In this document: in pieces, positions 27,733 to 38,059 of the stretch | Numbering within the stretch: the first letter of the stretch is position 1 | Layout: each line of letters opens with the position of its first letter | Sequence record: NC_021529.2 | Length of the DNA: 64,000 bases | Direction: 5' to 3' (one strand) | Program-made: the position numbers and the translations under genes | Notes under the pieces: model-generated | The model's database searches: none | Told to the model about the DNA's origin: nothing | The model's input: the letters and a program-made list of their open reading frames with translations, nothing else

Positions 27733-28395
27733 ATGAAACTTAACAAATCTACAATCGAAGTACTAAAGAACTTTGCAGGCATCAACAACGGTATGGTTAT
27801 TCACCAAGGCGCGCGAATTCGTACTCAAGACAACTTAAACAAGCAAATCGCTTATGCTGATATCGAAGACTCGTTCCCAGTTGAATTTGCAGTTTACGAT
27901 CTTGGTGAGTTCCTAAGCGCACTGAATCTACTTGACAACGCTGAGCTTGACTTTCAAGAAAAATACGTTGTTGTAACTGGTGATGGTGGCGCTGAGCTAA
28001 CATTCCAATACGCAAACGCTGAGTTTGTAACTGAAGCGCCAGAGAAGTTGAACTTCCCTGAAGACTCAGACGTTGTCCACTTTGACTTGAAAGGCGAAGC
28101 TCTTCAGAAAATCAAGAAAGCATCTGCGACTCTTGGTCTGTCTGATATCTGTGTGAGCACTGTTGCTGGAAGTGATGAAATCATTCTTTCTGCGACTGAT
28201 GCGCAAGGCTCAAGCAAGCACAAATTCGGTATCAATGTGGGCGAAGTTGGCAACGACGTTGAGTTTAAGTTCTTCTTCAAAGCTGAGCGTTTGAACATCG
28301 TTGATCAAGACTACAAAGTGTCGATTCACCCAGCAGGCATTTCTCGCTTTACTGGTCTATCACTTGAGTACTTCATTGCTACTGAAGCACTTTAA
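27733..28395 (+). CDS. 45: Sliding clamp
   Basis: MKLNKSTIEVLKNFAGINNG, AVYDLGEFLS. Confidence 0.95.
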   Translation: MKLNKSTIEVLKNFAGINNGMVIHQGARIRTQDNLNKQIAYADIEDSFPVEFAVYDLGEFLSALNLLDNAELDFQEKYVVVTGDGGAELTFQYANAEFVTEAPEKLNFPEDSDVVHFDLKGEALQKIKKASATLGLSDICVSTVAGSDEIILSATDAQGSSKHKFGINVGEVGNDVEFKFFFKAERLNIVDQDYKVSIHPAGISRFTGLSLEYFIATEAL

Positions 28396-28416
28396 TACTG
28401 ATTTTTTGTAAGTTGC

Positions 28417-28438
28417 GGGGCGTAACAGCCCCTTTTTT
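28417..28438 (+). terminator. Intrinsic terminator after gene 45
   Basis: GGGGC-GTAACA-GCCCC plus T6. Confidence 0.75.
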
Positions 28439-28465
28439 GATTATTTTATTATGGGAAACGCTTAA

Positions 28466-29419
28466 ATGAATTTCGATCCAAAAGAACTACTATGGGAACA
28501 ACGCTACCGTCCACAATCAATCAAAGAATGTGTTCTTCCAGAACGTGTTCGTTCTATCTTTCAGAAGATGATTGATGACAACGACATCCCTAACATGCTT
28601 CTAGCAAGTAGCTCGCCTGGTACTGGTAAGACTACTGTTGCTCGTGCATTACTAGCTGACTTGGGCTACGACGTTCTATTCGTCAACGCTTCATCTTCTC
28701 GTGGTATCGGTCTAGTTCAACAAGAACTCCCTGCATTCTGTTCAACTGTTTCATTCTCTGGTAAGCCTAAAGCAGTTATTCTAGATGAGGCAGACAACTT
28801 AACACCAGATGCTCAGAAAGCATTGCGTGGTCTGATTGAGCAGTTCAGCAAAAACGTTCGCTTTGTACTGACTTGTAACTACCCACAGAAAATCATCACT
28901 CCGATTCGTTCACGTCTACAGCTTTTCGAGTTTGTATATGACAAGTCTGATCGTTTATCGTGTGTAAAGCAGATGATTATTCGCTCTATGGCAATCTGTA
29001 AGCAAGAAGGTGTTCCCGTATCGAACGCTAACGTGCTTAAAGAGCTTGTAAAGCGTAATTACCCAGACAATCGTAAAACTATCGTGTCATTGCAGAACTA
29101 TGCACGTAGCGGTGGTATTGACGAAGGTATTCTGTCTCAGATTACAGCTAATGATGACATTTCAGAAGTTATCAACGCACTGAGATCACGTGATTTTAAA
29201 ACTGTGCGCGGTCTAGTTCCGAAATACACGGGTGACATTGCAGCATTCTTGCATAATCTACACGAAGCGGCATACACTCAGCTTGATCCTAACAGTGTTT
29301 ACACTGCTATTCAAATCATCGGTGACGCGAACAACAACGTAACGAGCTGTGTCGATCTTGAGATACTTCTAACGTATACACTTGCACAGTTGATGTTTGA
29401 ATGTACATTTGCATCGTAA
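28466..29419 (+). CDS. 44: Clamp loader large subunit
   Basis: LWEQRYRP, SPGTGKTT, ILDEAD, SRL. Confidence 0.97.
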   Translation: MNFDPKELLWEQRYRPQSIKECVLPERVRSIFQKMIDDNDIPNMLLASSSPGTGKTTVARALLADLGYDVLFVNASSSRGIGLVQQELPAFCSTVSFSGKPKAVILDEADNLTPDAQKALRGLIEQFSKNVRFVLTCNYPQKIITPIRSRLQLFEFVYDKSDRLSCVKQMIIRSMAICKQEGVPVSNANVLKELVKRNYPDNRKTIVSLQNYARSGGIDEGILSQITANDDISEVINALRSRDFKTVRGLVPKYTGDIAAFLHNLHEAAYTQLDPNSVYTAIQIIGDANNNVTSCVDLEILLTYTLAQLMFECTFAS

Positions 29420-29425
29420 GGGGTC

Positions 29426-29917
29426 TTGATGGATATTTTTGATCTACTAGCGAAAGGTGAAGAAGCAGAAAAGCAAGCTAAAGCAGCGGAAGAAGATTTC
29501 GAAGCTGAAATGAAAGCTGCAAAAGTCAAGAAACTATCGCCTTTTGACTTTCTCAATAGCTTGTACGAGAAAGACTACATTTTGACAGATGATAATGTCT
29601 CTCAATACAATGCATTCATGGTGAATCGAGGTATGTCTAATGGCACTGATACTTTGGTTCACGCTTACATTATGGATCGATACGGCAGTAAATTGCCTGC
29701 GAAAATGCAATATGATTATTACTTTCATGCAGTTCGCAAAGGTAAGCGATACAACGGTTGGGCTAAAGAGCCGAAATACGATTCGATTGACATGATCATG
29801 GAAATCTATGAACTTAGCAAGCCGAAGGCAATTGAAGTTCTAAATCGTCTAACAGTTGAAGAGCTTGAGCAATTGACTACGTGGTTTGATTCCCGAACAG
29901 GGGGCTTAACACGCTAA
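29426..29917 (+). CDS. 62: Clamp loader small subunit
   Basis: FMVNRGMS, QYDYYFHAVRKGKRY; follows gene 44. Confidence 0.93.
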   Translation: MMDIFDLLAKGEEAEKQAKAAEEDFEAEMKAAKVKKLSPFDFLNSLYEKDYILTDDNVSQYNAFMVNRGMSNGTDTLVHAYIMDRYGSKLPAKMQYDYYFHAVRKGKRYNGWAKEPKYDSIDMIMEIYELSKPKAIEVLNRLTVEELEQLTTWFDSRTGGLTR

Positions 29918-29951
29918 TAAATATGTTTTTATTATGCTGTTGAGATTAATC

Positions 29952-30332
29952 ATGGACATTATTAACAAACTTGAAATTCAATTACCTGATGACGATGCTT
30001 TTCTAAAGATTCGCGAAACGTTAACGCGAATCGGCATCGCCAATAACAAAACTAATACTCTGTATCAGTCATGTCATATTCTGCAAAAACGCGGTGTGTA
30101 TTTTCTGGTGCACTTTAAAGAACTACTAGCACTTGATGGTCGCTGCGTTGAAATTACTGACGAAGATATTGAGCGTCGTAATAACATCGCCAAGCTACTT
30201 GAAGATTGGAACTTGTGCAAAATTGCTCATCCTGAATCACACGAATTCAGTGGCGACAATAAGTTCCGCGTTATTTCGTTTCGTGATTCGAAAAACTGGA
30301 ATCTACGTTACAAATACAAAATCGGTGCTTGA
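29952..30332 (+). CDS. regA: Translational repressor RegA
   Basis: FLKIRETLTRIGIAN, LYQSCHILQK, VHFKELL. Confidence 0.97.
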   Translation: MDIINKLEIQLPDDDAFLKIRETLTRIGIANNKTNTLYQSCHILQKRGVYFLVHFKELLALDGRCVEITDEDIERRNNIAKLLEDWNLCKIAHPESHEFSGDNKFRVISFRDSKNWNLRYKYKIGA

Positions 30333-30363
30333 TATGTTCAGAGAAGAAGATTGGTTTTAGTGT

Positions 30364-30384
30364 AGGGGCTTTTCAGCCCCTTTT
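30364..30384 (+). terminator. Intrinsic terminator after regA
   Basis: AGGGGCT-TTTC-AGCCCCT plus T run. Confidence 0.75.
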
Positions 30385-30400
30385 ATTTGAGGAACACAAT

Positions 30401-30919
30401 ATGAATGATGAACGTTTTCAAGAACAATTACATTTCGGTGGCGAATTCGAAGCTGCCGTTGAGCCTAAAATAGCACGTGTTTTCTGTCACTCAGACCCAC
30501 TCGCAATGCTAATCAATACGGCTACATCAAAAACAGATCAGAAGCATAATCGCGGTCAGCGATTAATGTTCTGTCAAGACACATCAGCAAGCTTTATGCT
30601 ACCAGACGTATTTGTTTTCACGAAGGGAAAGCAATTCTGCGTTGAAATCAAGTGTAAGAAACGTTTCTATCGTCACATAGACGGTAAGTTATATGGCGTA
30701 ATCGACACATACAAAGTTCAAGAATATCGAGACGCGGTTCGCCATATGGGATTTGATGGTATATTCTATGTGTTTGGCGACGAAGAAACACGCTCGGTTT
30801 ATTTCGCAAAAGATGATCCAATTGACATGAAAATCAACGCATTTCGCGAATATAAAAACCCGAAAGGCGAGTTTAAAGCTTGGTTAATCGACGATTTACA
30901 CTTTTTAGGGAAATGGTAG
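30401..30919 (+). CDS. PD-(D/E)xK nuclease-fold protein
   Basis: LPDVFV...CVEIKCK; GAGG RBS before ATG 30401. Confidence 0.65.
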   Translation: MNDERFQEQLHFGGEFEAAVEPKIARVFCHSDPLAMLINTATSKTDQKHNRGQRLMFCQDTSASFMLPDVFVFTKGKQFCVEIKCKKRFYRHIDGKLYGVIDTYKVQEYRDAVRHMGFDGIFYVFGDEETRSVYFAKDDPIDMKINAFREYKNPKGEFKAWLIDDLHFLGKW

Positions 30920-30922
30920 TTA

Positions 30923-31426
30923 TTATCTCTGATTGCAATTGTCAAAATGCCAACGATTCATAGCAGGCTTGCCGCCAGATTTACCGCAATGTGGACACGA
31001 TATAATATCTTTTGCAATCCCTTTAATCTTCGATGGGCCTAGTTTGCGACCTCGTTGAGTTTCAGATCTCTTGCGATTTGATTCTTCGGTCATTACTTGT
31101 TTGGCTCTTGCTGCACGAATTTTCGCTCTTGTTTCGTCGCTGCATCGATCAGAACCACCGTGTCCGCCTGTTCGTAGGTTGTAACACATTTCATCATTAA
31201 CAAGAATTTCATCAACTATACGCTCTTCAGCTTCGTTGCATACATTTTCATCGTCGCATATGAAGAGTATTTCTTTGATGAATTTATCTTTACCATACTT
31301 TTTGACGGCACGCTTTATTAATATACCTGAGCCAAGATATGAGTCATGTATATTTTCAGTTTTATGCTTGCCGATGTAGAATTTATTGTTTATTGTGTTC
31401 GTAATTTTATATATTATGTATTTCAT
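30923..31426 (-). mobile_element. Free-standing GIY-YIG homing endonuclease (Seg-like) with NUMOD-like repeats
   Basis: IIYKITN...FYIGKH, YLGSG, YNL, SDETRAKI and TEESNRKRS repeats, C-terminal CPHC; antisense insertion before gene 43. Confidence 0.9.
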
Positions 31427-31450
31427 AAACGCACTTTGACATGAGGTAAT

Positions 31451-34003
31451 ATGAGTATTTATACATCAATTGAGAGAATTGGGTCTAATTTGTGTGAGCG
31501 TTATTTAGATGATGACGGCACTGAGAAAATGCGTAAAATTCCGTATACACCGACGTTGTTCATTCATTGTAATGAAGAAACTGGTTACAAAGACATCTAC
31601 GGTCGTAACTGTCGCCCTAAGTTGTTTGACACGATGGGCGAAGCAAGCAAATACATCAAAGAAACTAAGCAGCATCATGAAGTACTCGGAATGGATGACT
31701 TCGTGGTTACTTACATTTCTGACGTTTACAAAGAACGTAAATTTGATATTGGCAAAATTCGAATTGCGAATATCGATATTGAGACTCCATCTGTGGAGTT
31801 CCCAGAAGCAGCACATGCGCCTGTGCCAATTACATCAATCGGTCACTATGACAACATCGACGATAAGTTCTACGTTTATGGTATCCCGTCAAATACTGAA
31901 TGGTCGCGTGAAAGTAGCATTGTTAAGCCAGAGCTTCTAGAAAAGACTGTTTACATTCGTTGTGCGACTGAAAAAGAGCTGCTGATCAAGTATCTTCAAT
32001 TCTGGCGCGAGAAAACCCCAGCAATCGTAACAGGCTGGAACATTGAATCGTTCGATATGCCGTACATCGTTAACAGATACAAGAATCTGTTTGGTGAGAA
32101 AGTGATGAACAGCTTGTCACCGTGGGGTAAAGTTCAAGTATCGACTACAGTCAACGACTACGGTCAAGAAATGTGCAAGGTCAACATTCTCGGTGTATCT
32201 GAACTCGATTATCTTCAGCTTTACAAAAAGTTCACGTATGTGACTCGTCCGTCATATCGATTAGACTACATTGGCGAAGTTGAGCTTGGTGAGAAAAAAG
32301 TAGAATTCGAACAAGCGAACTACTTGGATTTCTACAACGAAGATTATCAGAACTTCATTGACTACCAGATTCAAGACGTTAACTTGGTTAAGCGATTAGA
32401 TGATAAACTTCAGCTAATGCTTTTGACTGTCTCTCTTGGCTATTACGCTGGTATCAACTATCAAACGGTACTTGGTACAATCAAGCCGTGGGATGCAATC
32501 ATCTTCAACAGCTTGAAAGCTCAGAAGAAAGTAGTTCCGATGATGACATCACATGAGGGTGGTCGATTCATGGGTGCGTTTGTTAAAGCGCCTCAAGTTG
32601 GATATCATCGTGGCATTGGTTCTTTCGACTTGACATCACTGTACCCGTCGATCATTCGTGAATGCAACATTTCACCAGAAACAATCGTTGGTCAGCTTGA
32701 TTACGAAGGCACGCTTGAAGATCGTATCGACAAGATTGTTGACATGGCAATTTCGTTCCCTGCTGATGAGATTTCAAACAGCGCGAACGGTATGCAATAT
32801 CGCAAAGATATTCGCGGTGTAATCCCGATTGAAATCGAGAAGGTGTTCTTCCAGCGTAAAGAAAACAAAAATATCGCGTCTGATTTCAAGAAGAAATCTC
32901 TTGAGATTCGTCATCATATGGATGAGCACGGTGAAACTCCTGAACTTCTAGCTGAATACGAAGAAGCGAAGCATCAAGCTAAGATCTACGACGTGCAACA
33001 GATGGCAAGAAAAATACTTATCAACTCACTCTATGGTGCGTTAGGCAACGAATTTTTCAGATTTTACGATCTGCGTAACGCTGAAGCAGTAACAGCATAC
33101 GGTCAGCTTGCAATCAAATGGGTAGCGCGTGACGTTAACATCTGGTTGAACAAAGTTTGTAAGACAACTGACAAAGACTACGTGATTTACGGTGATACCG
33201 ACTCAATCTACGTTAACTTTGATCCGCTGCTTGAACTGACTGGTATTAACAAGCTTGAAGGTGATGACTACACAGATAAGTTTGCTAAAGTTTGTGAGAC
33301 AGTTGAAACGAAAGTTATCAACCCGTCGTACGAAGCACTTCACAAGTACATGAACACGTACGAGCGTCAAATGTACATGGATCGCGAAGTTCTAGCGCGT
33401 ACTGGCTTCTTTATCGCGAAAAAACGTTATGCGCTTGATGTGCAAGATAACGAAGGTATTCGTGAGCCTAAGCTGAAGATCATGGGTATTGAAACTCAGC
33501 GTAGTTCAACACCGCCGCTATGTCAGAAAGGTCTTAAAGAATCGATTCGCTTGATTCTGCAAGAAGGCGAAGACAAGCTGCAAGAATACGTGAAAGGCTA
33601 CGAGAAGCAGTTCAAGTCAGCGCCGTATCAAGAGATTTCGTTCGTGTCTAGTGCAAACAACATGAACAAATACTCTGATGATAAAGGCAACCCTGGTAAA
33701 GGATGTCCTGGTCACGTGAAAGGTGCGTTGTACTACAACAAGCTTGCTGAAGAGCATGGGTTTGACAAAATCAACGAAGGTGACAAAATCGCTGTTGTGT
33801 TCTTGACTCGTAACAAACACGGTATTGATCGTATCGCGTACCCATCTGGTGGTAAACTGCCAGAAGCGATTAGCTACTTGATTGATCACGTTGACTACAA
33901 TCGTCTGTACGAAGACAAGTTCATCAAACCGTTGTCTGCAATTTCTGAGGCAATCAAGTTTGACTATAAGAAAACAATCACGTTGGAGAGTTTCTTTGGC
34001 TAA
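31451..34003 (+). CDS. 43: Family B DNA polymerase
   Basis: DIET exonuclease motif, [29 protein letters not shown]; 850 aa without intein. Confidence 0.98.
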   Translation: MSIYTSIERIGSNLCERYLDDDGTEKMRKIPYTPTLFIHCNEETGYKDIYGRNCRPKLFDTMGEASKYIKETKQHHEVLGMDDFVVTYISDVYKERKFDIGKIRIANIDIETPSVEFPEAAHAPVPITSIGHYDNIDDKFYVYGIPSNTEWSRESSIVKPELLEKTVYIRCATEKELLIKYLQFWREKTPAIVTGWNIESFDMPYIVNRYKNLFGEKVMNSLSPWGKVQVSTTVNDYGQEMCKVNILGVSELDYLQLYKKFTYVTRPSYRLDYIGEVELGEKKVEFEQANYLDFYNEDYQNFIDYQIQDVNLVKRLDDKLQLMLLTVSLGYYAGINYQTVLGTIKPWDAIIFNSLKAQKKVVPMMTSHEGGRFMGAFVKAPQVGYHRGIGSFDLTSLYPSIIRECNISPETIVGQLDYEGTLEDRIDKIVDMAISFPADEISNSANGMQYRKDIRGVIPIEIEKVFFQRKENKNIASDFKKKSLEIRHHMDEHGETPELLAEYEEAKHQAKIYDVQQMARKILINSLYGALGNEFFRFYDLRNAEAVTAYGQLAIKWVARDVNIWLNKVCKTTDKDYVIYGDTDSIYVNFDPLLELTGINKLEGDDYTDKFAKVCETVETKVINPSYEALHKYMNTYERQMYMDREVLARTGFFIAKKRYALDVQDNEGIREPKLKIMGIETQRSSTPPLCQKGLKESIRLILQEGEDKLQEYVKGYEKQFKSAPYQEISFVSSANNMNKYSDDKGNPGKGCPGHVKGALYYNKLAEEHGFDKINEGDKIAVVFLTRNKHGIDRIAYPSGGKLPEAISYLIDHVDYNRLYEDKFIKPLSAISEAIKFDYKKTITLESFFG

Positions 34004-34298
34004 TATAGACAAAATAGCAATCGGTGGCGCAGAAATGCGCCCACCTGTTGATGTGTGTCGCGATCACTTCCCTAATTCAAGAAATTGGCAAGAACCGTGG
34101 ATAGAACCACAAGTTTATGTAACGCAGAATCAAGACATCAACTTGGATATTTCATCTTGGTATGTTGATCATAAGAATAATGTCTTGTCGATTACGCTGA
34201 AAAACGAAGAGTCGTCTATTCATGGCATCGTTGTTCCGCCACGAGTCAATCTTGATCTATCAAAGGTTAAAGACATCATCAACGAAATATTGAAATAA
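33996..34298 (+). CDS. Hypothetical protein
   Basis: Probable TTG start 5 nt after GGAGAG, overlapping the end of gene 43. Confidence 0.55.
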   Translation: MANIDKIAIGGAEMRPPVDVCRDHFPNSRNWQEPWIEPQVYVTQNQDINLDISSWYVDHKNNVLSITLKNEESSIHGIVVPPRVNLDLSKVKDIINEILK

Positions 34299-34358
34299 GT
34301 TGTTGACAGTGTGCATTTATCGTGTACACTGTCATCATCAATTCGAGAGGAGAGTAAC

Positions 34359-35498
34359 ATGAACGAACTATACAACAACTTAATGACATTAGCTGAATCT
34401 GCTGAAGGTAAGTTCTTCTTTGCTGATCATTTGTCCCCACAAGGCGAGAAATTTCGTGTGTTCAGCTATCACATTGCGTCGTATTCAGATTGGCTTCTGC
34501 CTGATGCACTAGAAGCACGTGGCATCATGTTTCAGCTTGACGAAAACGACGAAATGATTCGTATTGTGTCTCGACCAATGGAGAAATTCTTCAATCTTGG
34601 TGAGAACCCGTTCACGATGGATCTCGATTTGACGACAACTGTTCAACTAATGGACAAAGCCGATGGTTCATTGATTAGCACGTACTTGACTGGTGACAAC
34701 TTCGCGTTGAAATCAAAGACTAGTATCTACTCTGAGCAAGCAGTCGCTGCGAATCGATACATCAAACATGTTGATAATCGCGATCTTTGGGAATTCTGTG
34801 ACGATTGTGCTGCACAAAACTTTACAGTTAACATGGAATGGTGCGCGCCGAACAACCGAATTGTTCTTGAGTACACCGAGCCTAAGCTGATCATCCTGAA
34901 CATTCGTGACAACGAAACAGGTCAGTACGTGAGCTTTGATGACATCCCGATTGGCGCGTTGACTCGCATCAAGAAATGGTTAGTCGATGAGTATGATCCG
35001 ATGACAGCTCATGTTGATGATTTCGTAGAAACTCTGAAAGCGAAGAAAGGCATCGAAGGCATGATCTTGCGTCTAGCGTCTGGTCAATCTGTGAAAATCA
35101 AAACCACATGGTATGTCGATTTACACGCTCAGAAAGACTCTGTGAACTCGCCTAAGAAATTAGTGACGACTATCTTGAATAAGAATCACGACGACCTCTA
35201 CGCGCTGTTCGCTGACGATAAACCGACAATTGAGCGTATTCGTGAGTTTGATGACCACGTGTCGAAGAAAGTCGTCGAGTCGTTTCATGCTGTGAGTCAG
35301 TACTACACTAAAAATCGTCATCTTTCACGTAAAGATTTCGCGATTGCAGGTCAGAAAGCACTTAAACCGTGGGAATTTGGTGTCGCAATGATTGCGTATC
35401 AGAATCAAACTGTTGAAGGTGTTGTTACAATGCTGATTAATGCGTATCTGAAACGACCAGAGCTATTAATCCCTGAAAAGTATCTAAGCGAGGTGTAA
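34359..35498 (+). CDS. rnlA: RNA ligase 1
   Basis: LEARGIMF, RPMEKFFNLGEN, KADGSLIS, EGMIL, KIKTTWY. Confidence 0.96.
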   Translation: MNELYNNLMTLAESAEGKFFFADHLSPQGEKFRVFSYHIASYSDWLLPDALEARGIMFQLDENDEMIRIVSRPMEKFFNLGENPFTMDLDLTTTVQLMDKADGSLISTYLTGDNFALKSKTSIYSEQAVAANRYIKHVDNRDLWEFCDDCAAQNFTVNMEWCAPNNRIVLEYTEPKLIILNIRDNETGQYVSFDDIPIGALTRIKKWLVDEYDPMTAHVDDFVETLKAKKGIEGMILRLASGQSVKIKTTWYVDLHAQKDSVNSPKKLVTTILNKNHDDLYALFADDKPTIERIREFDDHVSKKVVESFHAVSQYYTKNRHLSRKDFAIAGQKALKPWEFGVAMIAYQNQTVEGVVTMLINAYLKRPELLIPEKYLSEV

Positions 35499-35765
35499 AT
35501 GCATCACTTTGTGTTTCAAAACGGGGAGCCGATGAATTTCGGCAACCCTCAAGAATTTCTTGATAAATTCAACACTCAATTCATACCAGAACTGCAAAAA
35601 CGATTAGATAATGACCCTCGCGGTGGTAAGATCGTTTATGCTGGCTCTGCTCAGTCAAACTCAGTTCAAGGTATTGACGTTCAGATTGAAGACAAGAACG
35701 GCGTTATTTCTACGTTCTTCGTCGATCCATTCAGACAGACGTTCTGTCCAGTCTTCTTCCAATGA
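35499..35765 (+). CDS. Hypothetical protein
   Basis: Operon packing, GAGG RBS. Confidence 0.65.
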   Translation: MHHFVFQNGEPMNFGNPQEFLDKFNTQFIPELQKRLDNDPRGGKIVYAGSAQSNSVQGIDVQIEDKNGVISTFFVDPFRQTFCPVFFQ

Positions 35766-35800
35766 TAAATACTCTCATGTGACACACATGGGAGTATATT

Positions 35801-36184
35801 ATGTTCGCACAGTACAAACTTTACATTCTTTTAGCAGTTGCTGCTATTGTCATCGGCTCAATTGGTTACTTGAAGTACCAAAATGTCAGTCTTGAGAAAG
35901 ACGTGGCACAGCAAGCAACTGTAATCGAGAATCTTACCAACGACAACGAACGTCTTTCTGAAACAATCAAGCTCAAAAACAAAACCATCGAAGACTGGCG
36001 TCTTGTATATGAAGAGCAAACGAAATTTCGTTCAGACCTTCAGAAAGAGCTTGATCAGAAGAACAACACGATTGAAAAATACAAAGCTAGACAAGACGTT
36101 GTATTCGCAAAACCGGGATTGGTTCAGCGTTTAGAGCAGAAAGCACTAGATAAATTCTTTGATGAGGTGCGAAATGGTCAATAA
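35801..36184 (+). CDS. Inner-membrane spanin (PseT.3/Rz-like)
   Basis: N-terminal TM then coiled coil; GATAAATA late-like promoter at 35764; T4 synteny rnlA-pseT.3-pseT.2-pseT. Confidence 0.85.
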   Translation: MFAQYKLYILLAVAAIVIGSIGYLKYQNVSLEKDVAQQATVIENLTNDNERLSETIKLKNKTIEDWRLVYEEQTKFRSDLQKELDQKNNTIEKYKARQDVVFAKPGLVQRLEQKALDKFFDEVRNGQ

Positions 36185-36542
36185 AATACTAGCAGTTGTT
36201 CTTGCATCGATGTTAGTCGGGTGTATCGGCACACCAAAAGAACCAGTACCAGTACCAGCAACGAATGAAATCGTTCATCCGAGTATGCCTACTGCACCTG
36301 CAAATCCAGGTGTTGAGATATTGGTAATCACGACTGATACTATCAAACCTAATACTGCTTACGTGGGATTTGAGTACGATGAATGGCTGAACTTTGCTAA
36401 ATGGATGCACTCGTATAAAGCGTATAATGATGATTTGCTTGAAGTTATTCGACTTTATAAAGAGCAAGATCCAGCATTGCAGAAAAAAGATGAAAAAATT
36501 AAAGAAAAGGGTTGCTTCGGCAGCCCTTTTTGCGTATTATAG
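36174..36542 (+). CDS. Outer-membrane lipoprotein spanin (PseT.2/Rz1-like)
   Basis: Lipobox LVGC, Pro-rich linker. Confidence 0.85.
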   Translation: MVNKILAVVLASMLVGCIGTPKEPVPVPATNEIVHPSMPTAPANPGVEILVITTDTIKPNTAYVGFEYDEWLNFAKWMHSYKAYNDDLLEVIRLYKEQDPALQKKDEKIKEKGCFGSPFCVL

Positions 36543-36585
36543 CTTTATCGAAACGAAAGACACAAAACAAAGAGAGCACATTATG
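36501..36585 (+). promoter_or_regulatory. Terminator/early promoter/RBS cassette variant
   Basis: GGGTTGCTTCGGCAGCCCTTTTT; TATTATAGCTTTATCGAAACGA; GAGAG RBS. Confidence 0.8.
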
Positions 36586-36900
36586 ATTACATTCAAACGC
36601 AGAAATCTTATGGAAGATCACCCTGATTGTACACCAATTTGGGCATATGATTCAGTCGATAGACTTGCTAGTACAGATGTAATGATTCGAATCAACGAGC
36701 GTAACTTTTACAATAACGTAACAGGTGAATCTCATTCTAAACTTCGAATCACACGTGACCGATCTGGTAATAAGTGGGTTCTACGTGCAACATCAGCACA
36801 CAATGCATGTAAACTTGTTGTTGTGTGTGAAGACTTCAAGACTAAGAAAGAAGTAGTCGAATACGTAAATGAAGTTTACTTTAACACAAAAGGGCTGTAA
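36583..36900 (+). CDS. Hypothetical early protein
   Basis: First ORF after cassette. Confidence 0.7.
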   Translation: MITFKRRNLMEDHPDCTPIWAYDSVDRLASTDVMIRINERNFYNNVTGESHSKLRITRDRSGNKWVLRATSAHNACKLVVVCEDFKTKKEVVEYVNEVYFNTKGL

Positions 36901-36901
36901 T

Positions 36902-37129
36902 ATGAAGCATCTAGAAATCGCTCAGAAAGAAGCAAACACACAATTTGAACAGTACGGTGTATGTAGCATTTTTCAGCTTGAGAGTTTGATTGAAGAGCTA
37001 GAAGCTGTTGTTCCGAGTAACGTCTTTGTAAAGGCAGCTCGAAATGAGCTTGATGCATTCAGTGCATTGTCTGGTCAGCGCACTGAACAGCTACTTGAAA
37101 TTGCGAAATCCCTTGTAACACGATACTAA
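36902..37129 (+). CDS. Hypothetical protein
   Basis: Operon packing. Confidence 0.65.
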   Translation: MKHLEIAQKEANTQFEQYGVCSIFQLESLIEELEAVVPSNVFVKAARNELDAFSALSGQRTEQLLEIAKSLVTRY

Positions 37130-37140
37130 TAAGGATTAAA

Positions 37141-38046
37141 ATGAAACTGATTGTGACAGTAGGCGTACCAGCGTCTGGTAAAACAACATGGGCAGAGAAA
37201 TACTGCGAAAAAAACAATGCAGTGAACGTCAATCGTGACGACACTCGACAAGAACTATTCGGTCCCTTCAAATGGGGTGAATACAAGTTCGAGAAGAAAA
37301 ACGAAGAGCTTGTGACTAAAGTCAACAAAGACAAAGCTCTAATGTCTCTACGCTTCGGTATGGACGTTGTTATCTCTGATACTAACCTTGTCCCAGGGCG
37401 TCGCGAAGAATGGCGTAATATCGCTAAAGAACTAGGTGCTGAATACGAAGAGCGTCTATTTCATATCTCTTTCGACGAAGCATTTGCACGCGATAAAGCA
37501 CGTGAAATGTCAGTAGGCGGCAAAGTTCTGACTACAATGTTTCAGAACTACCACAAAAACAATCGCGACTTGATTATCAAGCACTTTAAAGAGCGTCTTG
37601 AATACTTGTGGAAGCACGCCACTCAAGCTGTTGTTCTATCTGACATCGATGGTACTGTTGCTGAAATGCACAAAGGTGTTAAAGGTCGTCGTAGCCCATT
37701 TGAATGGTTTCGCGTTGAAGAAGATACACCACGCGATACTGTAATTGAGATTCTTGATTACATGAGTTTTGATTACAAGATCATCTTCATGAGTGGTCGT
37801 GATGGTATCTGTGAAGAGCACACACGTCGCTGGCTAACAGAACACATGCCATTTTTCTGGGCTGATTTGGTAATGCGTAAGAAAGGCGATTCTCGCCCAG
37901 ACTGGATTATCAAGCTAGAATTGCTAGTTGAACTAGCAGAAAAAGGTTATCAACCGAAAGTTATGTTCGATGACCGTGACCAAGTAGTCAATACTCTACG
38001 TGAAGTAGGTGTTGAAGTTTTCCAAGTACAACCAGGTAATTTTTAA
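37141..38046 (+). CDS. pseT: Polynucleotide 5'-kinase/3'-phosphatase
   Basis: GVPASGKTT, NRDD, DIDGT, SGR, FDDR. Confidence 0.96.
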   Translation: MKLIVTVGVPASGKTTWAEKYCEKNNAVNVNRDDTRQELFGPFKWGEYKFEKKNEELVTKVNKDKALMSLRFGMDVVISDTNLVPGRREEWRNIAKELGAEYEERLFHISFDEAFARDKAREMSVGGKVLTTMFQNYHKNNRDLIIKHFKERLEYLWKHATQAVVLSDIDGTVAEMHKGVKGRRSPFEWFRVEEDTPRDTVIEILDYMSFDYKIIFMSGRDGICEEHTRRWLTEHMPFFWADLVMRKKGDSRPDWIIKLELLVELAEKGYQPKVMFDDRDQVVNTLREVGVEVFQVQPGNF

Positions 38047-38059
38047 AAAGGTAAAAATC

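Noticed and set aside
31451-34003. Intein or intron in the DNA polymerase
   Set aside because: Length is normal (850 aa), motifs are contiguous, and there are no splicing motifs
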